Assembly (NCBI GenBank): GCA_964348785.1
Contig: CAYGDO010000003.1
Span: 57,631-121,630, forward strand
Source of the DNA: an uncultured Candidatus Saccharibacteria bacterium
Lineage (GTDB): Bacteria; Patescibacteriota; Minisyncoccia; Phycocordibacterales; 2-02-FULL-43-11
Length of the DNA stretch: 64,000 nt
Reading direction: 5' to 3'
Of this stretch, positions 1 to 9,907 are shown one piece after another. The notes under the pieces were generated by a model. The model was not told the origin of the DNA. It searched no databases and was given only the letters and a program-made list of their open reading frames with translations. Position 1 is the stretch's first letter. Each line of letters starts with the position of its first letter. The translations under genes and the position numbers were made by a program.

Positions 1-132
1 ATTGAAAATTCTATCCCCCATACCCAAAGATTCAATTCTTTGTTTCAAATTTCTAGCAACGGCATTTTCATACCCCGCGTATGTGTGTATGGCATACCAA
101 TGTCTTTCTCCATCTGTTTTTTGTTTGCTCAT
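1..132 (-). CDS. nusG: Transcription termination/antitermination factor NusG, N-terminal part; the gene runs off the window start
   Basis: Reverse-complement translation from ATG at 132: MSKQKTDGERHWYAIHTYAGYENAVARNLKQRIESLGMG..., an NGN-domain N-terminus. It sits directly downstream of secE in the conserved secE-nusG order. Confidence 0.75.
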   Translation of the reverse strand, partial: MSKQKTDGERHWYAIHTYAGYENAVARNLKQRIESLGMGDRIFN

Positions 133-136
133 AGAA

Positions 137-331
137 TTAACCAATTAAATTCTTAATGCCTGAAGAAAACAAATAATCAAAAAACCCAAGATAAAAAGAA
201 ACTGCCACAGAAAAAATAATCACCAAAAAAGTAAACACGGCCGTCTGTCTTTTATTTGGCCATGACACATGTGTTAATTCAGCCCTTGTTTCCCTAATGT
301 AATCAAATATTTTTGACATATTTTTTAACAA
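137..331 (-). CDS. secE: Preprotein translocase subunit SecE
   Basis: 64-aa ORF reading MSKIFDYIRETRAELTHVSWPNKRQTAVFTFLVII, a single C-terminal TM helix typical of SecE. It lies 4 nt upstream of nusG. The start may be the internal Met at 319. Confidence 0.7.
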   Translation of the reverse strand: MLKNMSKIFDYIRETRAELTHVSWPNKRQTAVFTFLVIIFSVAVSFYLGFFDYLFSSGIKNLIG

Positions 332-360
332 TTTTAAAACCCCCGAAGGGGCCTTAAAAT
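331..360 (-). terminator. Short GC hairpin (CCCC-GAA-GGGG) with a flanking T-run, downstream of the SIMPL-domain gene
   Basis: Hairpin seen in sequence at 341-351 followed by a T/A-rich run on the minus strand. Confidence 0.35.
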
Positions 361-390
361 AATACCCTTTATAAAACTAAAGTCAATGAC

Positions 391-1176
391 CTATTTAATC
401 TCATAGGTAATCGTGACGGTTGATTTAATTTTGCTTTCTCCTGGAGTGATTTCTGGAGCAACAGTAGATTTGGCGTCCATTGCCACAGCTCCTCCTCTAC
501 CATACAAGAACGTAGGGAAATCAGATTCGCTATAGCTCACTATTTTGCCTAATTTAACACCTAAATCTCTAGCTGTAATTTGGGCTTTCTCCTTGGCAGA
601 AGCAATAGCATCTTTTCTAGCTTTTACTTTCAAACTTTCTTCTTTATCAAAACCGAAATCCAAACCTGAGACATCAGTAGCACCGAGTTCACCCAATCCG
701 CCTAAAAGTTTCCCAGCATCGGATAATTTTCTAACCTTTACTTCAACTGATTGACTCACGACGTAAGCAACAAGATTTCTTTTACCTGTTTGATAATAAT
801 AACCACCCTCATATTCGTATCGTGGATAGATGTTATAACCTGATGTTTTTATATCTTTTTTATCAACTCCATTTTTTGTCAAAAAATCAATAATGGCATT
901 GGTAGATTTTGCTGACTCATCTTGAGCAGTACCAACAAGCGGAGATTCTTCAGTAACACTAAAATTAAAAGTGGCAACGTCTGGAACTCCAACCACTTCT
1001 CCCTCACCTGAAACTGTTATTGTGCTTGCAGGCAATTCTTGACTACCAGTATAAGAAATCTGATTAAATTCATTGATCGCCTTACCCAACAAAAAAATCG
1101 CTAAAAAAAGCAACGTGGCGCTGACCATTTTTCTAGTAAAAGAATCTGCTAGGATGTTCTTCTTTTCTGTATCCAT
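391..1176 (-). CDS. SIMPL/DUF541-domain periplasmic protein (YggE-like)
   Basis: N-terminal TM/signal segment and a repeated beta-rich body (…YEYEGGYYYQTGKRNLVAYVVSQSVEV…) typical of 26-kDa periplasmic immunogenic protein/SIMPL. Confidence 0.55.
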   Translation of the reverse strand: MDTEKKNILADSFTRKMVSATLLFLAIFLLGKAINEFNQISYTGSQELPASTITVSGEGEVVGVPDVATFNFSVTEESPLVGTAQDESAKSTNAIIDFLTKNGVDKKDIKTSGYNIYPRYEYEGGYYYQTGKRNLVAYVVSQSVEVKVRKLSDAGKLLGGLGELGATDVSGLDFGFDKEESLKVKARKDAIASAKEKAQITARDLGVKLGKIVSYSESDFPTFLYGRGGAVAMDAKSTVAPEITPGESKIKSTVTITYEIK

Positions 1177-1232
1177 TTTAAATTAGTTAATTAATAATCC
1201 AACCTATTGGCTGGGTTTTGAGTATACAATAT

Positions 1233-2117
1233 CTATTTTTTATTGAAAGTAGACAAATCTATAAGGTTTTCAAACAAAGCCAAAACTGTCATCTGACCCA
1301 CACCACCAGGAACAGGAGAAATAGCCTTAACTATATCTTTTACTTCAAAAAAATTAACGTCCCCTACTATTTTTGTGACCACCTCCTCATTCATCTTTTC
1401 CGTTATACCGCCACTTGTCCTATTAATACCGACATCAACTACAACCTGACTGCCATCATTTTTAAAAAACTTTGCATCAACAAAATTTGGCTTACCAATC
1501 GCCACAACGACAATGTCGCTACCTATAGTTATTTTTTCCTCATCAACTGTCTTACTGTGACAAACAGTCACAACCCCACCTTTCAATGCAAGATTTTCTG
1601 CAATTGGACCACCTGCCAAAACAGATCTTCCCAAAACAGCTATTTTTTTGTTTTTAATATCTATCTTATAAAAACTCAGCAATTCCTCTACACCTCTTGC
1701 GGTTGCAGGAATTGGCGCATATCTATCTGCCCCTCTTTCTATCCGACTGAAAGAGGACAGTCCGTCAACATCTTTTTTTGGATCAATCAAATCAAGCAAA
1801 TCTTGTTTTTGAAATCTATCTGGTACTGGCAACTGCAAGATTATTCCCCCGACTTCACTGTCTTTATTAAATTTTTCTACAACATCCCTTATCTCATCAA
1901 AAGTAACTTCTTCTTTGAATTTAATATAAAGAACTTTAATACCGATTAGTTCACCAAATTTTATTTTGGCATTTATATAAGCGTTAGATTCAGATTTATC
2001 ACCTATCTGCAAAATAACCAATTTAGGAACAACGCTTAAAGCCAAAACTTTTTCCTTAAGTTTCCCTATAAAAAATTCTTTGGCCTTTTTACCATCCAAA
2101 ATCAAAACTTCACTCAT
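1233..2117 (-). CDS. folD: Bifunctional methylenetetrahydrofolate dehydrogenase/cyclohydrolase
   Basis: 294 aa with the motifs GKPNFVDAKFFKNDGSQVVVDVGINR and PVPGGVGQMTVLALFENL (FolD C-terminal NAD(P)-binding signature). Confidence 0.85.
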   Translation of the reverse strand: MSEVLILDGKKAKEFFIGKLKEKVLALSVVPKLVILQIGDKSESNAYINAKIKFGELIGIKVLYIKFKEEVTFDEIRDVVEKFNKDSEVGGIILQLPVPDRFQKQDLLDLIDPKKDVDGLSSFSRIERGADRYAPIPATARGVEELLSFYKIDIKNKKIAVLGRSVLAGGPIAENLALKGGVVTVCHSKTVDEEKITIGSDIVVVAIGKPNFVDAKFFKNDGSQVVVDVGINRTSGGITEKMNEEVVTKIVGDVNFFEVKDIVKAISPVPGGVGQMTVLALFENLIDLSTFNKK

Positions 2118-2672
2118 TTAATTATTTTGAATCTTTGCTTTAGACAAGGAAGTCTTTCTAAAAACCGATATTAAATTCACAGATAATTCCCAAAGTAAAA
2201 TAGCTGATGAAACAAAAAGTAAATCGCCTAAAAATTGGTTCGTGAAAAACGGTAAGGCCATAAAATACGAAGAAACCAATCCGTAAAAATTATGAGGATA
2301 CATAGTTCCAAAAGCCCAAACCGCCATATTAGTAAATATAAAAAACAACAATGATGAAAAACTTGTGCCTAGCAAAATAAAACCGAATTTTTTACTTCTA
2401 GCCAAAAAGCCAAATAAAGAGTAAAGAATTGTACACAAATAAACACTGAGCATGATTGGCCACAAGTAAAAACCCAAAAACAGGTCAGAAACTAACAAAA
2501 CTACCAAAGGTAAAGCTAACCCCCAAGATAAACCAAGTTTCAAAGAGGCGACAATAGCTAAGGCTCCAACGGGTGTCATATTCCACATATGAGGTAAAAA
2601 ACGCCCCAAAATTGACATGGCCACAAACAAAACAAAAACCAATAATTTATGATTAATTTTCATAAGAATCAC
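2118..2672 (-). CDS. Polytopic membrane protein, possibly an ECF-transporter S-component-like vitamin uptake protein
   Basis: 184 aa with 5-6 predicted TM helices. It lies adjacent to and overlaps a DUF4430-like gene; the family assignment is tentative. Confidence 0.3.
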   Translation of the reverse strand: MILMKINHKLLVFVLFVAMSILGRFLPHMWNMTPVGALAIVASLKLGLSWGLALPLVVLLVSDLFLGFYLWPIMLSVYLCTILYSLFGFLARSKKFGFILLGTSFSSLLFFIFTNMAVWAFGTMYPHNFYGLVSSYFMALPFFTNQFLGDLLFVSSAILLWELSVNLISVFRKTSLSKAKIQNN

Positions 2673-3126
2673 TATATTCTACCAATTTAAAAACTATCCT
2701 GTCATCTTTTTTTGGATAATAATTACTAATACCAACCTTAGCATATTTATCATTGATCCAATATTGCCACCATTTATTTTTCTCATTACTATAGCCTTCA
2801 ATAGAAACAACAAATTCCCCCATCATCCCACCAAAATTTTTAGTTTCAAAAGGAATTTCGTTGGTTTTTAAACCTCGTTTTAAAATGTCTACCAATTTTT
2901 CACCTTGATTAAATTCGATATCAAACGCAGTTTTATCTTTGGCCAACCCAGAATTAATTGTTAAATTTAAAAAACTTTTTTCTACAGGAACATCATTTTG
3001 AATGACAGAATCAATTGGTAAATAAGGTTTTTTAACAAAATCAAAAGAAACGTAATTTAATAAAATTAAAATACTAACAAAAAACAGAATCAAAAATAAA
3101 ATTTTTATTTGTCTGCCTTTAAACAT
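2653..3126 (-). CDS. DUF4430-like secreted protein, of the kind associated with cobalamin/ECF uptake loci
   Basis: 157 aa with an N-terminal TM anchor and a C-terminal …GEFVVSIEGYSNEKNKWWQYWINDKYAKVGISNYYPKKDDRIVFKLVEY motif resembling DUF4430. Confidence 0.4.
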   Translation of the reverse strand: MFKGRQIKILFLILFFVSILILLNYVSFDFVKKPYLPIDSVIQNDVPVEKSFLNLTINSGLAKDKTAFDIEFNQGEKLVDILKRGLKTNEIPFETKNFGGMMGEFVVSIEGYSNEKNKWWQYWINDKYAKVGISNYYPKKDDRIVFKLVEYSDSYEN

Positions 3127-3727
3127 TTTTCAATTTTTTAATTTTATTAATATCAACCGCACCCTCTCTCAAAACTGATACTTTTCCATTTTCTATAACA
3201 ACCAAAGTTGAAACTTGCTCTTTACTTTTACCAGAAACATAAACATCGACTTTATTACCAAAATACTTTCTAGCCTCACGTATATTTTTTGCAACTGGTA
3301 ACCCCTGCAAATTGGCGGATGGCGCAAGAACAGGTCCGGTCTTTGCTAAAAAAGCACGGAGTTGGAGCGATTTTGGAATTCGAACGGCCAAAGTCCCCGA
3401 CCCACGATGAAGATAATCAAATTTCTTACTTGGGCAATTTAGTATAACACTTACAGAGTTAGGCCAAATTTTTTCTAAGATACCAGATTCTACTTCATTC
3501 AAAACAATACCCAAACTAGGCAAATCAGATAAACTAGAACATAAAATGATACAAGGCTTGTTTAAATTCCTTCCCCTAACCTCATAAAGCCTTTCGACTG
3601 AGTTTTTAGAAAAAGCAGAGGTAATAAAACCAAAAACCGTGTCAGTTGGCATCACAACTAATGCACCGGACTGTATCTTTTTTATTAAGTCTGAATTATT
3701 TTTGTAATTACTGATATTAATGACCAT
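3119..3727 (-). CDS. tsaC: L-threonylcarbamoyladenylate synthase (YrdC/Sua5 family)
   Basis: Motifs VVMPTDTVFGFITSAF, LAVRIP and PSANLQG are typical of YrdC/TsaC. Confidence 0.8.
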   Translation of the reverse strand: MVINISNYKNNSDLIKKIQSGALVVMPTDTVFGFITSAFSKNSVERLYEVRGRNLNKPCIILCSSLSDLPSLGIVLNEVESGILEKIWPNSVSVILNCPSKKFDYLHRGSGTLAVRIPKSLQLRAFLAKTGPVLAPSANLQGLPVAKNIREARKYFGNKVDVYVSGKSKEQVSTLVVIENGKVSVLREGAVDINKIKKLKNV

Positions 3728-3766
3728 ATATGTTATATTAATTCATAAATTAACTTTTATTTCAAA

Positions 3767-5347
3767 ATGAATCAAGACAATACATTAAAAAAAATACTCA
3801 GTAAAAAATACATAGCCGGAGCTATAGTTGTAATAATCCTAGTATCAATTTTCGGATTAAGAAGTAATAATAACAAAGAAATACCCCATTTCGTGGTAAG
3901 TAAAGGAGACGTAATTCAAGAAGTCTTAGTAAGCGGAAACATTAAGTCTGCAAACTTCGTAGACCTCGCTTTTGAAAAAACAGGCTCAATACAGTGGATA
4001 AGTAAAGAAATCGGAGAAACGGTCTATGCTGGAGAAACAATTGCTTACATTGAAAACGGCAGTGAAACAGCAAATTTAGAAGACGCCAAGGCCAAACTTA
4101 AATCTGAACAAGCACGTTATGAAGAACTAAAAAACGGTGGTCGCGTAGAGGAAGTTAGAGTAAAAGAAATTGAACTCAACCAGAATGAACAAAAATTATT
4201 GAATTATTACAATTCAATTCCCCAAACTATAAATGACGCTTATAACAAAGCTGATAGTGCCATAAATAAATATGCAGATCCTTTATTTTCAAATGATCAA
4301 GGCCAAAACCCTCAAATAAGTTTTAATATCAATGATCAAAGTAGCAAAAATGAAGCGGAGACATTTAGGTTCAAAGCCGGCACTTCCTTAAAAAATATTG
4401 GGGTTATAAATGACGACGTCCTATCAAATGCTAGCGCAATTACAAAATCAAAAGATGTGTCTGAAAATTATTTAAAACAAACAAAAGATGAATTGTTAAT
4501 AATTCAAACTTTTTTGATAAAAGCTTCTGCCACCCTTAATCAGACAACAAATTTAAGTGAAAGTGACTTGTCTACTTACAAAGATAACATGTCTACTGCA
4601 AGAGCTAATCTCAACACTTCAATTCAATCCTTAAGCGAACTTATAGACAATCTAGCTTCACAAAAAATATTGGTAGAAAAAAGCAAACAAGAACTTGAAC
4701 TAGAAAAAATTGGTGCCACCAAAGAAGTTTTGGAACAAGCGGAAGCATCAATTGAAAGAGCAAGAGCTAGTATAAAAAGCGCAGAATCTGCCCTATCAAA
4801 AACAATAATGCGCTCCCCTATCAATGGCATAATTACTAAACAAGATGGCAAAACTGGAGAAATCATACAGTCAGGGATAAAAATTGTTTCTGTTATGGGT
4901 AAAAATGAATTTGAGATAGAGACTAACATCCCCGAATCAGATCTATCAAAAATAAAAGTTGGAAATTTGGCAAAAGTCACACTTGACGCATTTGGACCAG
5001 AAAAAATAATAGTGGCTGAGGTTAGAGATATTGATCCTGCAGAAAAAATAGTTGATGGAGTTTCTACATATAAAACAACTTTAGTATTTAAGGAGCCAAC
5101 TGAAAACATCAGATCCGGAATGACAGCAGATATTAAGATAACCACAGCAGAGAAAAAGGATGTGCTTGCGATACCTCAAAAGGCCGTTTTCATGAAAGAA
5201 AACGCCCGCTTTGTAAACGTCATCAAAAACGACTCAGGTATCGAGCAAAGAGAAATCAGTATTGGATTAAAAGGCACAAATGGAAATTTTGAAGTAATTG
5301 AAGGGTTAGAAGAAGGAGAAAAAATTTCTTTAAATCAAAACAAGTAA
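3767..5347 (+). CDS. HlyD-family periplasmic adaptor (efflux/secretion membrane-fusion protein)
   Basis: N-terminal TM anchor, long coiled-coil and a C-terminal barrel with MRSPINGIITKQDGKTGEII. No cognate transporter gene lies nearby. Confidence 0.6.
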   Translation: MNQDNTLKKILSKKYIAGAIVVIILVSIFGLRSNNNKEIPHFVVSKGDVIQEVLVSGNIKSANFVDLAFEKTGSIQWISKEIGETVYAGETIAYIENGSETANLEDAKAKLKSEQARYEELKNGGRVEEVRVKEIELNQNEQKLLNYYNSIPQTINDAYNKADSAINKYADPLFSNDQGQNPQISFNINDQSSKNEAETFRFKAGTSLKNIGVINDDVLSNASAITKSKDVSENYLKQTKDELLIIQTFLIKASATLNQTTNLSESDLSTYKDNMSTARANLNTSIQSLSELIDNLASQKILVEKSKQELELEKIGATKEVLEQAEASIERARASIKSAESALSKTIMRSPINGIITKQDGKTGEIIQSGIKIVSVMGKNEFEIETNIPESDLSKIKVGNLAKVTLDAFGPEKIIVAEVRDIDPAEKIVDGVSTYKTTLVFKEPTENIRSGMTADIKITTAEKKDVLAIPQKAVFMKENARFVNVIKNDSGIEQREISIGLKGTNGNFEVIEGLEEGEKISLNQNK

Positions 5348-5391
5348 ACGCTGTTTAGTCGGATTTAATTATATAAATTCGGGCCTTAAGA

Positions 5392-5769
5392 TTACTTTTC
5401 CCAATAAGCCTTAAATTTTTCAATTTGCTCCACCAATTCTTCCGCCTTCTGTCCTTTATAACAGATCGCCCTGTCATCAACATAAACGAAGGCAATTGGT
5501 TTGCCTTCGTTTTGGCCATATTTATCAAATCTCTTGTTTATATAATCAAAAGGTATAGAAAAATCTTCACAATATTTTTTTAAAAATTCATCACCCCTTG
5601 TAGAATGAACAAGAATCTTAAACCCTTTATCTTTCAAAATTTTTATAGCACCAACAACATCATCAATCGGAGGTTTAACATCTTCGGAAGATATAAAGCC
5701 CTCATATTTTGATATAACGCCGTCAAAATCAAAAGCAACAGTCTTTTTTACACTTTCCTTTAATTCCAT
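5392..5769 (-). CDS. HAD-superfamily phosphatase-like protein
   Basis: VAFDFDGVI motif I (the DxDG nucleophile) and …ILVHSTRGD…VDDR motifs. Confidence 0.5.
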   Translation of the reverse strand: MELKESVKKTVAFDFDGVISKYEGFISSEDVKPPIDDVVGAIKILKDKGFKILVHSTRGDEFLKKYCEDFSIPFDYINKRFDKYGQNEGKPIAFVYVDDRAICYKGQKAEELVEQIEKFKAYWEK

Positions 5770-5802
5770 ATAAAAAGTTTATCACAAAATTTAATATAAA
5801 AA

Positions 5803-6189
5803 TTATTTTTGAAAATCTATATCAAAAGAATACATGCCCATACCACAAGTGCCATTAAAAATACCCGCTTCTGATACACCAATATCTATGTCATCTTTTT
5901 CCTTCCTATCTAAAATCTTTGAAATTTTCAAACTAGGTAAGTACAAAGAAGCTGAGCAATCAAAAGCTCCCTTTGAATCAAAACGCAACACTGTTGGCAC
6001 CCCAGCTTTTGCAACGCTATGTCTTGGGCTATAACCACCCTTGGCTTTTATCTCAATAATCTGCTTACCATTTTCCATAAAAACATTATTTATGCTTTCT
6101 TTTGAAATATCATTGTTATTTCCTCTATATACCAACGCTCCACCGATTAAAACAATAACAATTAAAATTGATACAACTGTATTTTTCAT
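5803..6189 (-). CDS. Small secreted cupredoxin-like / metal-binding protein, last gene of the copper operon
   Basis: Signal/TM anchor and candidate ligand residues H…C…CGMGM. It overlaps the upstream membrane-protein gene by 4 nt. Confidence 0.35.
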   Translation of the reverse strand: MKNTVVSILIVIVLIGGALVYRGNNNDISKESINNVFMENGKQIIEIKAKGGYSPRHSVAKAGVPTVLRFDSKGAFDCSASLYLPSLKISKILDRKEKDDIDIGVSEAGIFNGTCGMGMYSFDIDFQK

Positions 6190-6611
6190 AAATTATTTTT
6201 TTTAAATAATAATCCCGCAACCAAAAAAACAAACGGTGGAATAACGGTCATTTGCAAAACCGGCAACAAACCAACCCTTAAAACAGGAATAACGGGCATT
6301 AAACTATACTGCCACCTTAAAGTCTCGAGTGCCCACAATTCAACCAAAATGGCAATTACTACTCCAAAAAAAGATAACCAAAACAGGTGGCCAATTTTTG
6401 GATCGTGTACCCAAGAAAAATCCCGAAAAAATAAAGAAACTAATAAATACAGCACGCCCACAATTAATATATCACCAAAAGAAGCAATGAGGCACGGCTC
6501 AAAATGTTGCCAAAAATTTTCATAACCTTTATACAAAAAAGCCTGGCTATTTTCCCAAATTAAATTAATTACAAACGTTAAAGAAATTATGAATAATAAA
6601 AAAATTTTCAT
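6186..6611 (-). CDS. Small integral membrane protein in the copper operon
   Basis: 141 aa with four predicted TM helices, tightly packed between the HMA-membrane gene and the cupredoxin-like gene. Confidence 0.4.
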   Translation of the reverse strand: MKIFLLFIISLTFVINLIWENSQAFLYKGYENFWQHFEPCLIASFGDILIVGVLYLLVSLFFRDFSWVHDPKIGHLFWLSFFGVVIAILVELWALETLRWQYSLMPVIPVLRVGLLPVLQMTVIPPFVFLVAGLLFKKNNL

Positions 6612-6614
6612 AAC

Positions 6615-7646
6615 CTAAAAATTTAAAAATGGTTTAATAAGCCCAACAACAACCAAAGCGTTAAGAATATTAATTATTGCAAAAGCCACAACTATTAATC
6701 CTGCCGTCTTAAAGAATATACCGGATTGTGAAGTTTTACTTATCTTTGATGAACCGAAGCTTAAAATTGCTAAAACCGGAAACGTTCCCAAAGCAAAAAA
6801 CAACATCGTTAGACCTCCTTTTAAAAAACTTCCGGATGAAAGAGTGTAAACTTGCATTGATTGTGTAAAACCGCAAGGTAAAAAGAAAGTTGCCACACCC
6901 ACTAAAAGCGGTGTTAGACTATGGTTAATTTTATGAACATCAAGAGCGCGCTTTGCCAAAAATCTTGGCATACTAAACTGAAATTTCTTAGTGAAATGAA
7001 AAATATCAAGCAAATTTAAACCTAGAATCAGCATCACAATCCCTACCAATAAACCCAAAACAAAAGTTCCAGTGATATTTAAAGTGAAAGCTGAACCAAT
7101 CATTCCGATAACTCCACCAAGAATGAAAAAGGAAATAATTCTTCCAAAATGAAAAAGGAGTTGAGGTTTTACCCTATCGCCCTCCTTAGAAAAAGTAGCA
7201 GACATTGATAAAACCAGCCCGCCGACAACGGCCATACAACTTGAAAGTGATGCTATAACACCAATCAAAAATGCTGTCCCGAAAGAAACATCATTCACTT
7301 CAATAAAATTAACAATACCCATTTTTTGCAATAAAACAAAAAGAAATATAAACGCAATAGCGACAGGCACGGCAATTTTAAAATCAGCCCATTTTTTTTC
7401 TTTAGTTTGTTTATCTACAGAAACTGTATAACCGTGAGCTTCAAGAGGTATTGTTAATTCCCGAGCAATTTGCTCTTCGGTTTTCTCACCAAAATCTCCT
7501 TCTACCTCAACTGTGTGATTCACGAGACTGGTTTTAACACTGATAACATTTGGCAATTCACCAATTTCGCTTTCAGTTAAAAGAACGCAGGCCTCGCAAT
7601 GCATACCATGTACATGAAATGTATATTTTTGTTTTTTATTATTCAT
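6615..7646 (-). CDS. Heavy-metal-associated (HMA) domain fused to a polytopic membrane transporter-like domain (TauE/SafE- or DsbD_2-like)
   Basis: N-terminal MHCEACVLLTESEIGELPNV (MxCxxC HMA fold) followed by 7-8 TM helices. Confidence 0.5.
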   Translation of the reverse strand: MNNKKQKYTFHVHGMHCEACVLLTESEIGELPNVISVKTSLVNHTVEVEGDFGEKTEEQIARELTIPLEAHGYTVSVDKQTKEKKWADFKIAVPVAIAFIFLFVLLQKMGIVNFIEVNDVSFGTAFLIGVIASLSSCMAVVGGLVLSMSATFSKEGDRVKPQLLFHFGRIISFFILGGVIGMIGSAFTLNITGTFVLGLLVGIVMLILGLNLLDIFHFTKKFQFSMPRFLAKRALDVHKINHSLTPLLVGVATFFLPCGFTQSMQVYTLSSGSFLKGGLTMLFFALGTFPVLAILSFGSSKISKTSQSGIFFKTAGLIVVAFAIINILNALVVVGLIKPFLNF

Positions 7647-7647
7647 C

Positions 7648-9903
7648 TTACAATTTTTTAGTTTTTAAACGTAAAGAATTAAAGACCACTGAAACGCTTG
7701 AAAATGCCATAGCTAATCCGGCAAAAATCGGATTAAGAACAATCCCCCAAATCGGATAAAGTGCCCCAGCTGCAATAGGAATACCAACAACATTGTAAAT
7801 AAAAGCCCAAAAAAGATTTTGCTTAACAGTTCTTATTGTGACTTTAGAAAGTTCTATGGCCTTTGAAATTTTTAAAATGTCACCGGATAAAAGTGTTACA
7901 CCGGCAGATTCAATGGCCACATCAGTGCCTGTTGACATTGCAATACCAACGTCTGCCACCACAAGTGCCGGCGCATCATTAACGCCATCACCAGCCATAG
8001 CCACAATATTACCCGCCTCCTGTAATTCTTTTATTTTTAAAGATTTTTCATTAGGTAAAACCTCTGAAATTACGTTATCTATATTAACCTGTTTTGCAAT
8101 ATAAGATCCTGCCAAATGATTATCCCCAGTTATCATAACCACTTTTATGCCTTTTTTGTGTAGTTTTTCTATCGCCTCTTTAGCCCCATCTTTTATGGTA
8201 TCACTTAAAGCAATGAACCCTGCCTTTATACCATCAATTTCCACGAAAACTACAGTTTTGCCCTCTTCTTGAAGAGTTTTTAATTTCAAATTATTCTCAT
8301 TTTTTTCTGGCTTATGAACATATATTTCTTTTTTATCTACAACAGCCCGGACACCGACGCCCTCTAAAGCGACAAAATCTTTTGCTGGTACTAAAGAAAT
8401 ATTTTTCAAATTGGATCCTTCAACAATTGCCCTAGCAAGAGGATGCTCAGACATTTTTTCCACGCTACTGGCAAATTTTAAAATATCATTTTCACTAAAC
8501 CTATCATCCAAAACTACCAAATCTGTGACCTCTGGTTTTCCTTTCGTAATAGTTCCAGTCTTATCAAAAGCAACAACTGTTACCTTATTTAAAATCTCCA
8601 GACTTTCAGCATCTTTAATCAATATTCCGTACTCTGCCCCCTTCCCAACCCCAACAATAATAGCGGTCGGAGTGGCCAATCCAAGAGCGCAAGGACAGGC
8701 AATAACTAAAATTCCAACAAAAGACAAAATGGCATAAGAAATCGCCAAAGATTGTCCTAAATATAAAACACCTACACTAAGCCAAAGAACAAAAGATAAA
8801 GTTGCCACACCAAGTACCACTGGTACAAAGACACTTGATATCCTATCGGCCAAAGCCTGAATAGGAGCTTTTGATCCTTGAGCTTCCTCCACCATCTTTA
8901 TTATTTCCGCAAGCATGGTTTCTCCTCCAATCTTTGTTGCTTCAAATTTAAAACTTCCTTGTTTGTTTATCGTAGAACCTATGACAACATCTCCTTCTTT
9001 TTTATCTACAGGAACAGACTCGCCAGTTATCATTGATTCATCAATAGAAGTTTTTCCTTCAATTATTTTTCCATCTACTGGAATTTTAGCGCCCGGTTTT
9101 ACAATAACAATATCACCGACAACTACCTCCCCTACTGATATTTCAACCTCAACTCCATCACGCATAACTAATGCGGTCTTTGCCTGAAGCCCAAGTAATT
9201 TTTCTATAGCCTCTCCGGTTCTTTTTTTTGAATTTGCTTCCAAATATTTTCCAAAGGTCACAAAACCAATAACCACAATAACAACATCGAAATACGTATA
9301 CTCTGGGACCTGAATAAAATCTCTGATTTGAGGCAATAACGTGATAATAGTGCTATATAAATAGGCGCTCAGTGTTCCAATGCCTATAAGCGTATCCATA
9401 TTGGCCACTCTATATTTTAGAAATCGAGTTACGCCTAAAATAAAAGGTTTACCTACCCAAAACATCACGACAGATGCCAAAATCATTGAAACTATATTAA
9501 AAAAAGGCATCGGAATTGGAAAATTTGGAATAAAATAAAAAGTTCTAGCCAAAATATCCCAAATCATTACAATAAAAATGATAAGGGCTAGAGGCAAAAC
9601 AAAATATGTTTTAGCCTGTTGCTCCAATAATTCTTTTTCTTTTTGTTCTTTTTTTTGATTGAGGCCAAGATGTTCACTGTGATCCATACCTTTCATATCA
9701 CCAACAGGCTCAAGTTTGTAACCCAATTTATTTATTTCATTATTGGCCACATTTAAATCAAAATTGCCTTCTATTTCAGCTTTTTCAGTAGCAAAGTTAA
9801 CATCTACCATATTTACACCTGAAACTTTTTCAACTTTTTTCTTTATAATCGTGGCGCAACTAGCACAATGCATACCACTAACTGTAAATATTTTTTTTGA
9901 CAT
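7648..9903 (-). CDS. copA: Copper-translocating P1B-type ATPase
   Basis: N-terminal HMA GMHCASCA, CPC motif IACPCALGLATP, phosphorylation motif DKTGTIT, and GDGVNDAPAL. Confidence 0.9.
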   Translation of the reverse strand: MSKKIFTVSGMHCASCATIIKKKVEKVSGVNMVDVNFATEKAEIEGNFDLNVANNEINKLGYKLEPVGDMKGMDHSEHLGLNQKKEQKEKELLEQQAKTYFVLPLALIIFIVMIWDILARTFYFIPNFPIPMPFFNIVSMILASVVMFWVGKPFILGVTRFLKYRVANMDTLIGIGTLSAYLYSTIITLLPQIRDFIQVPEYTYFDVVIVVIGFVTFGKYLEANSKKRTGEAIEKLLGLQAKTALVMRDGVEVEISVGEVVVGDIVIVKPGAKIPVDGKIIEGKTSIDESMITGESVPVDKKEGDVVIGSTINKQGSFKFEATKIGGETMLAEIIKMVEEAQGSKAPIQALADRISSVFVPVVLGVATLSFVLWLSVGVLYLGQSLAISYAILSFVGILVIACPCALGLATPTAIIVGVGKGAEYGILIKDAESLEILNKVTVVAFDKTGTITKGKPEVTDLVVLDDRFSENDILKFASSVEKMSEHPLARAIVEGSNLKNISLVPAKDFVALEGVGVRAVVDKKEIYVHKPEKNENNLKLKTLQEEGKTVVFVEIDGIKAGFIALSDTIKDGAKEAIEKLHKKGIKVVMITGDNHLAGSYIAKQVNIDNVISEVLPNEKSLKIKELQEAGNIVAMAGDGVNDAPALVVADVGIAMSTGTDVAIESAGVTLLSGDILKISKAIELSKVTIRTVKQNLFWAFIYNVVGIPIAAGALYPIWGIVLNPIFAGLAMAFSSVSVVFNSLRLKTKKL

Positions 9904-9907
9904 TTTT

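Noticed and set aside
545-754. ORF-track ORFs lying antisense inside well-supported genes (545..754, 1218..1949, 4624..5145, 7838..8104, 8411..8737, 8915..9187, 35390..35646, 36066..36491, 53345..54229, 56626..56982 and others)
   Set aside because: Each lies wholly inside a longer ORF on the opposite strand that has clear family motifs (folD, HlyD, copA, polA, T4SS genes). They are low-complexity translations typical of antisense frames in AT-rich DNA.
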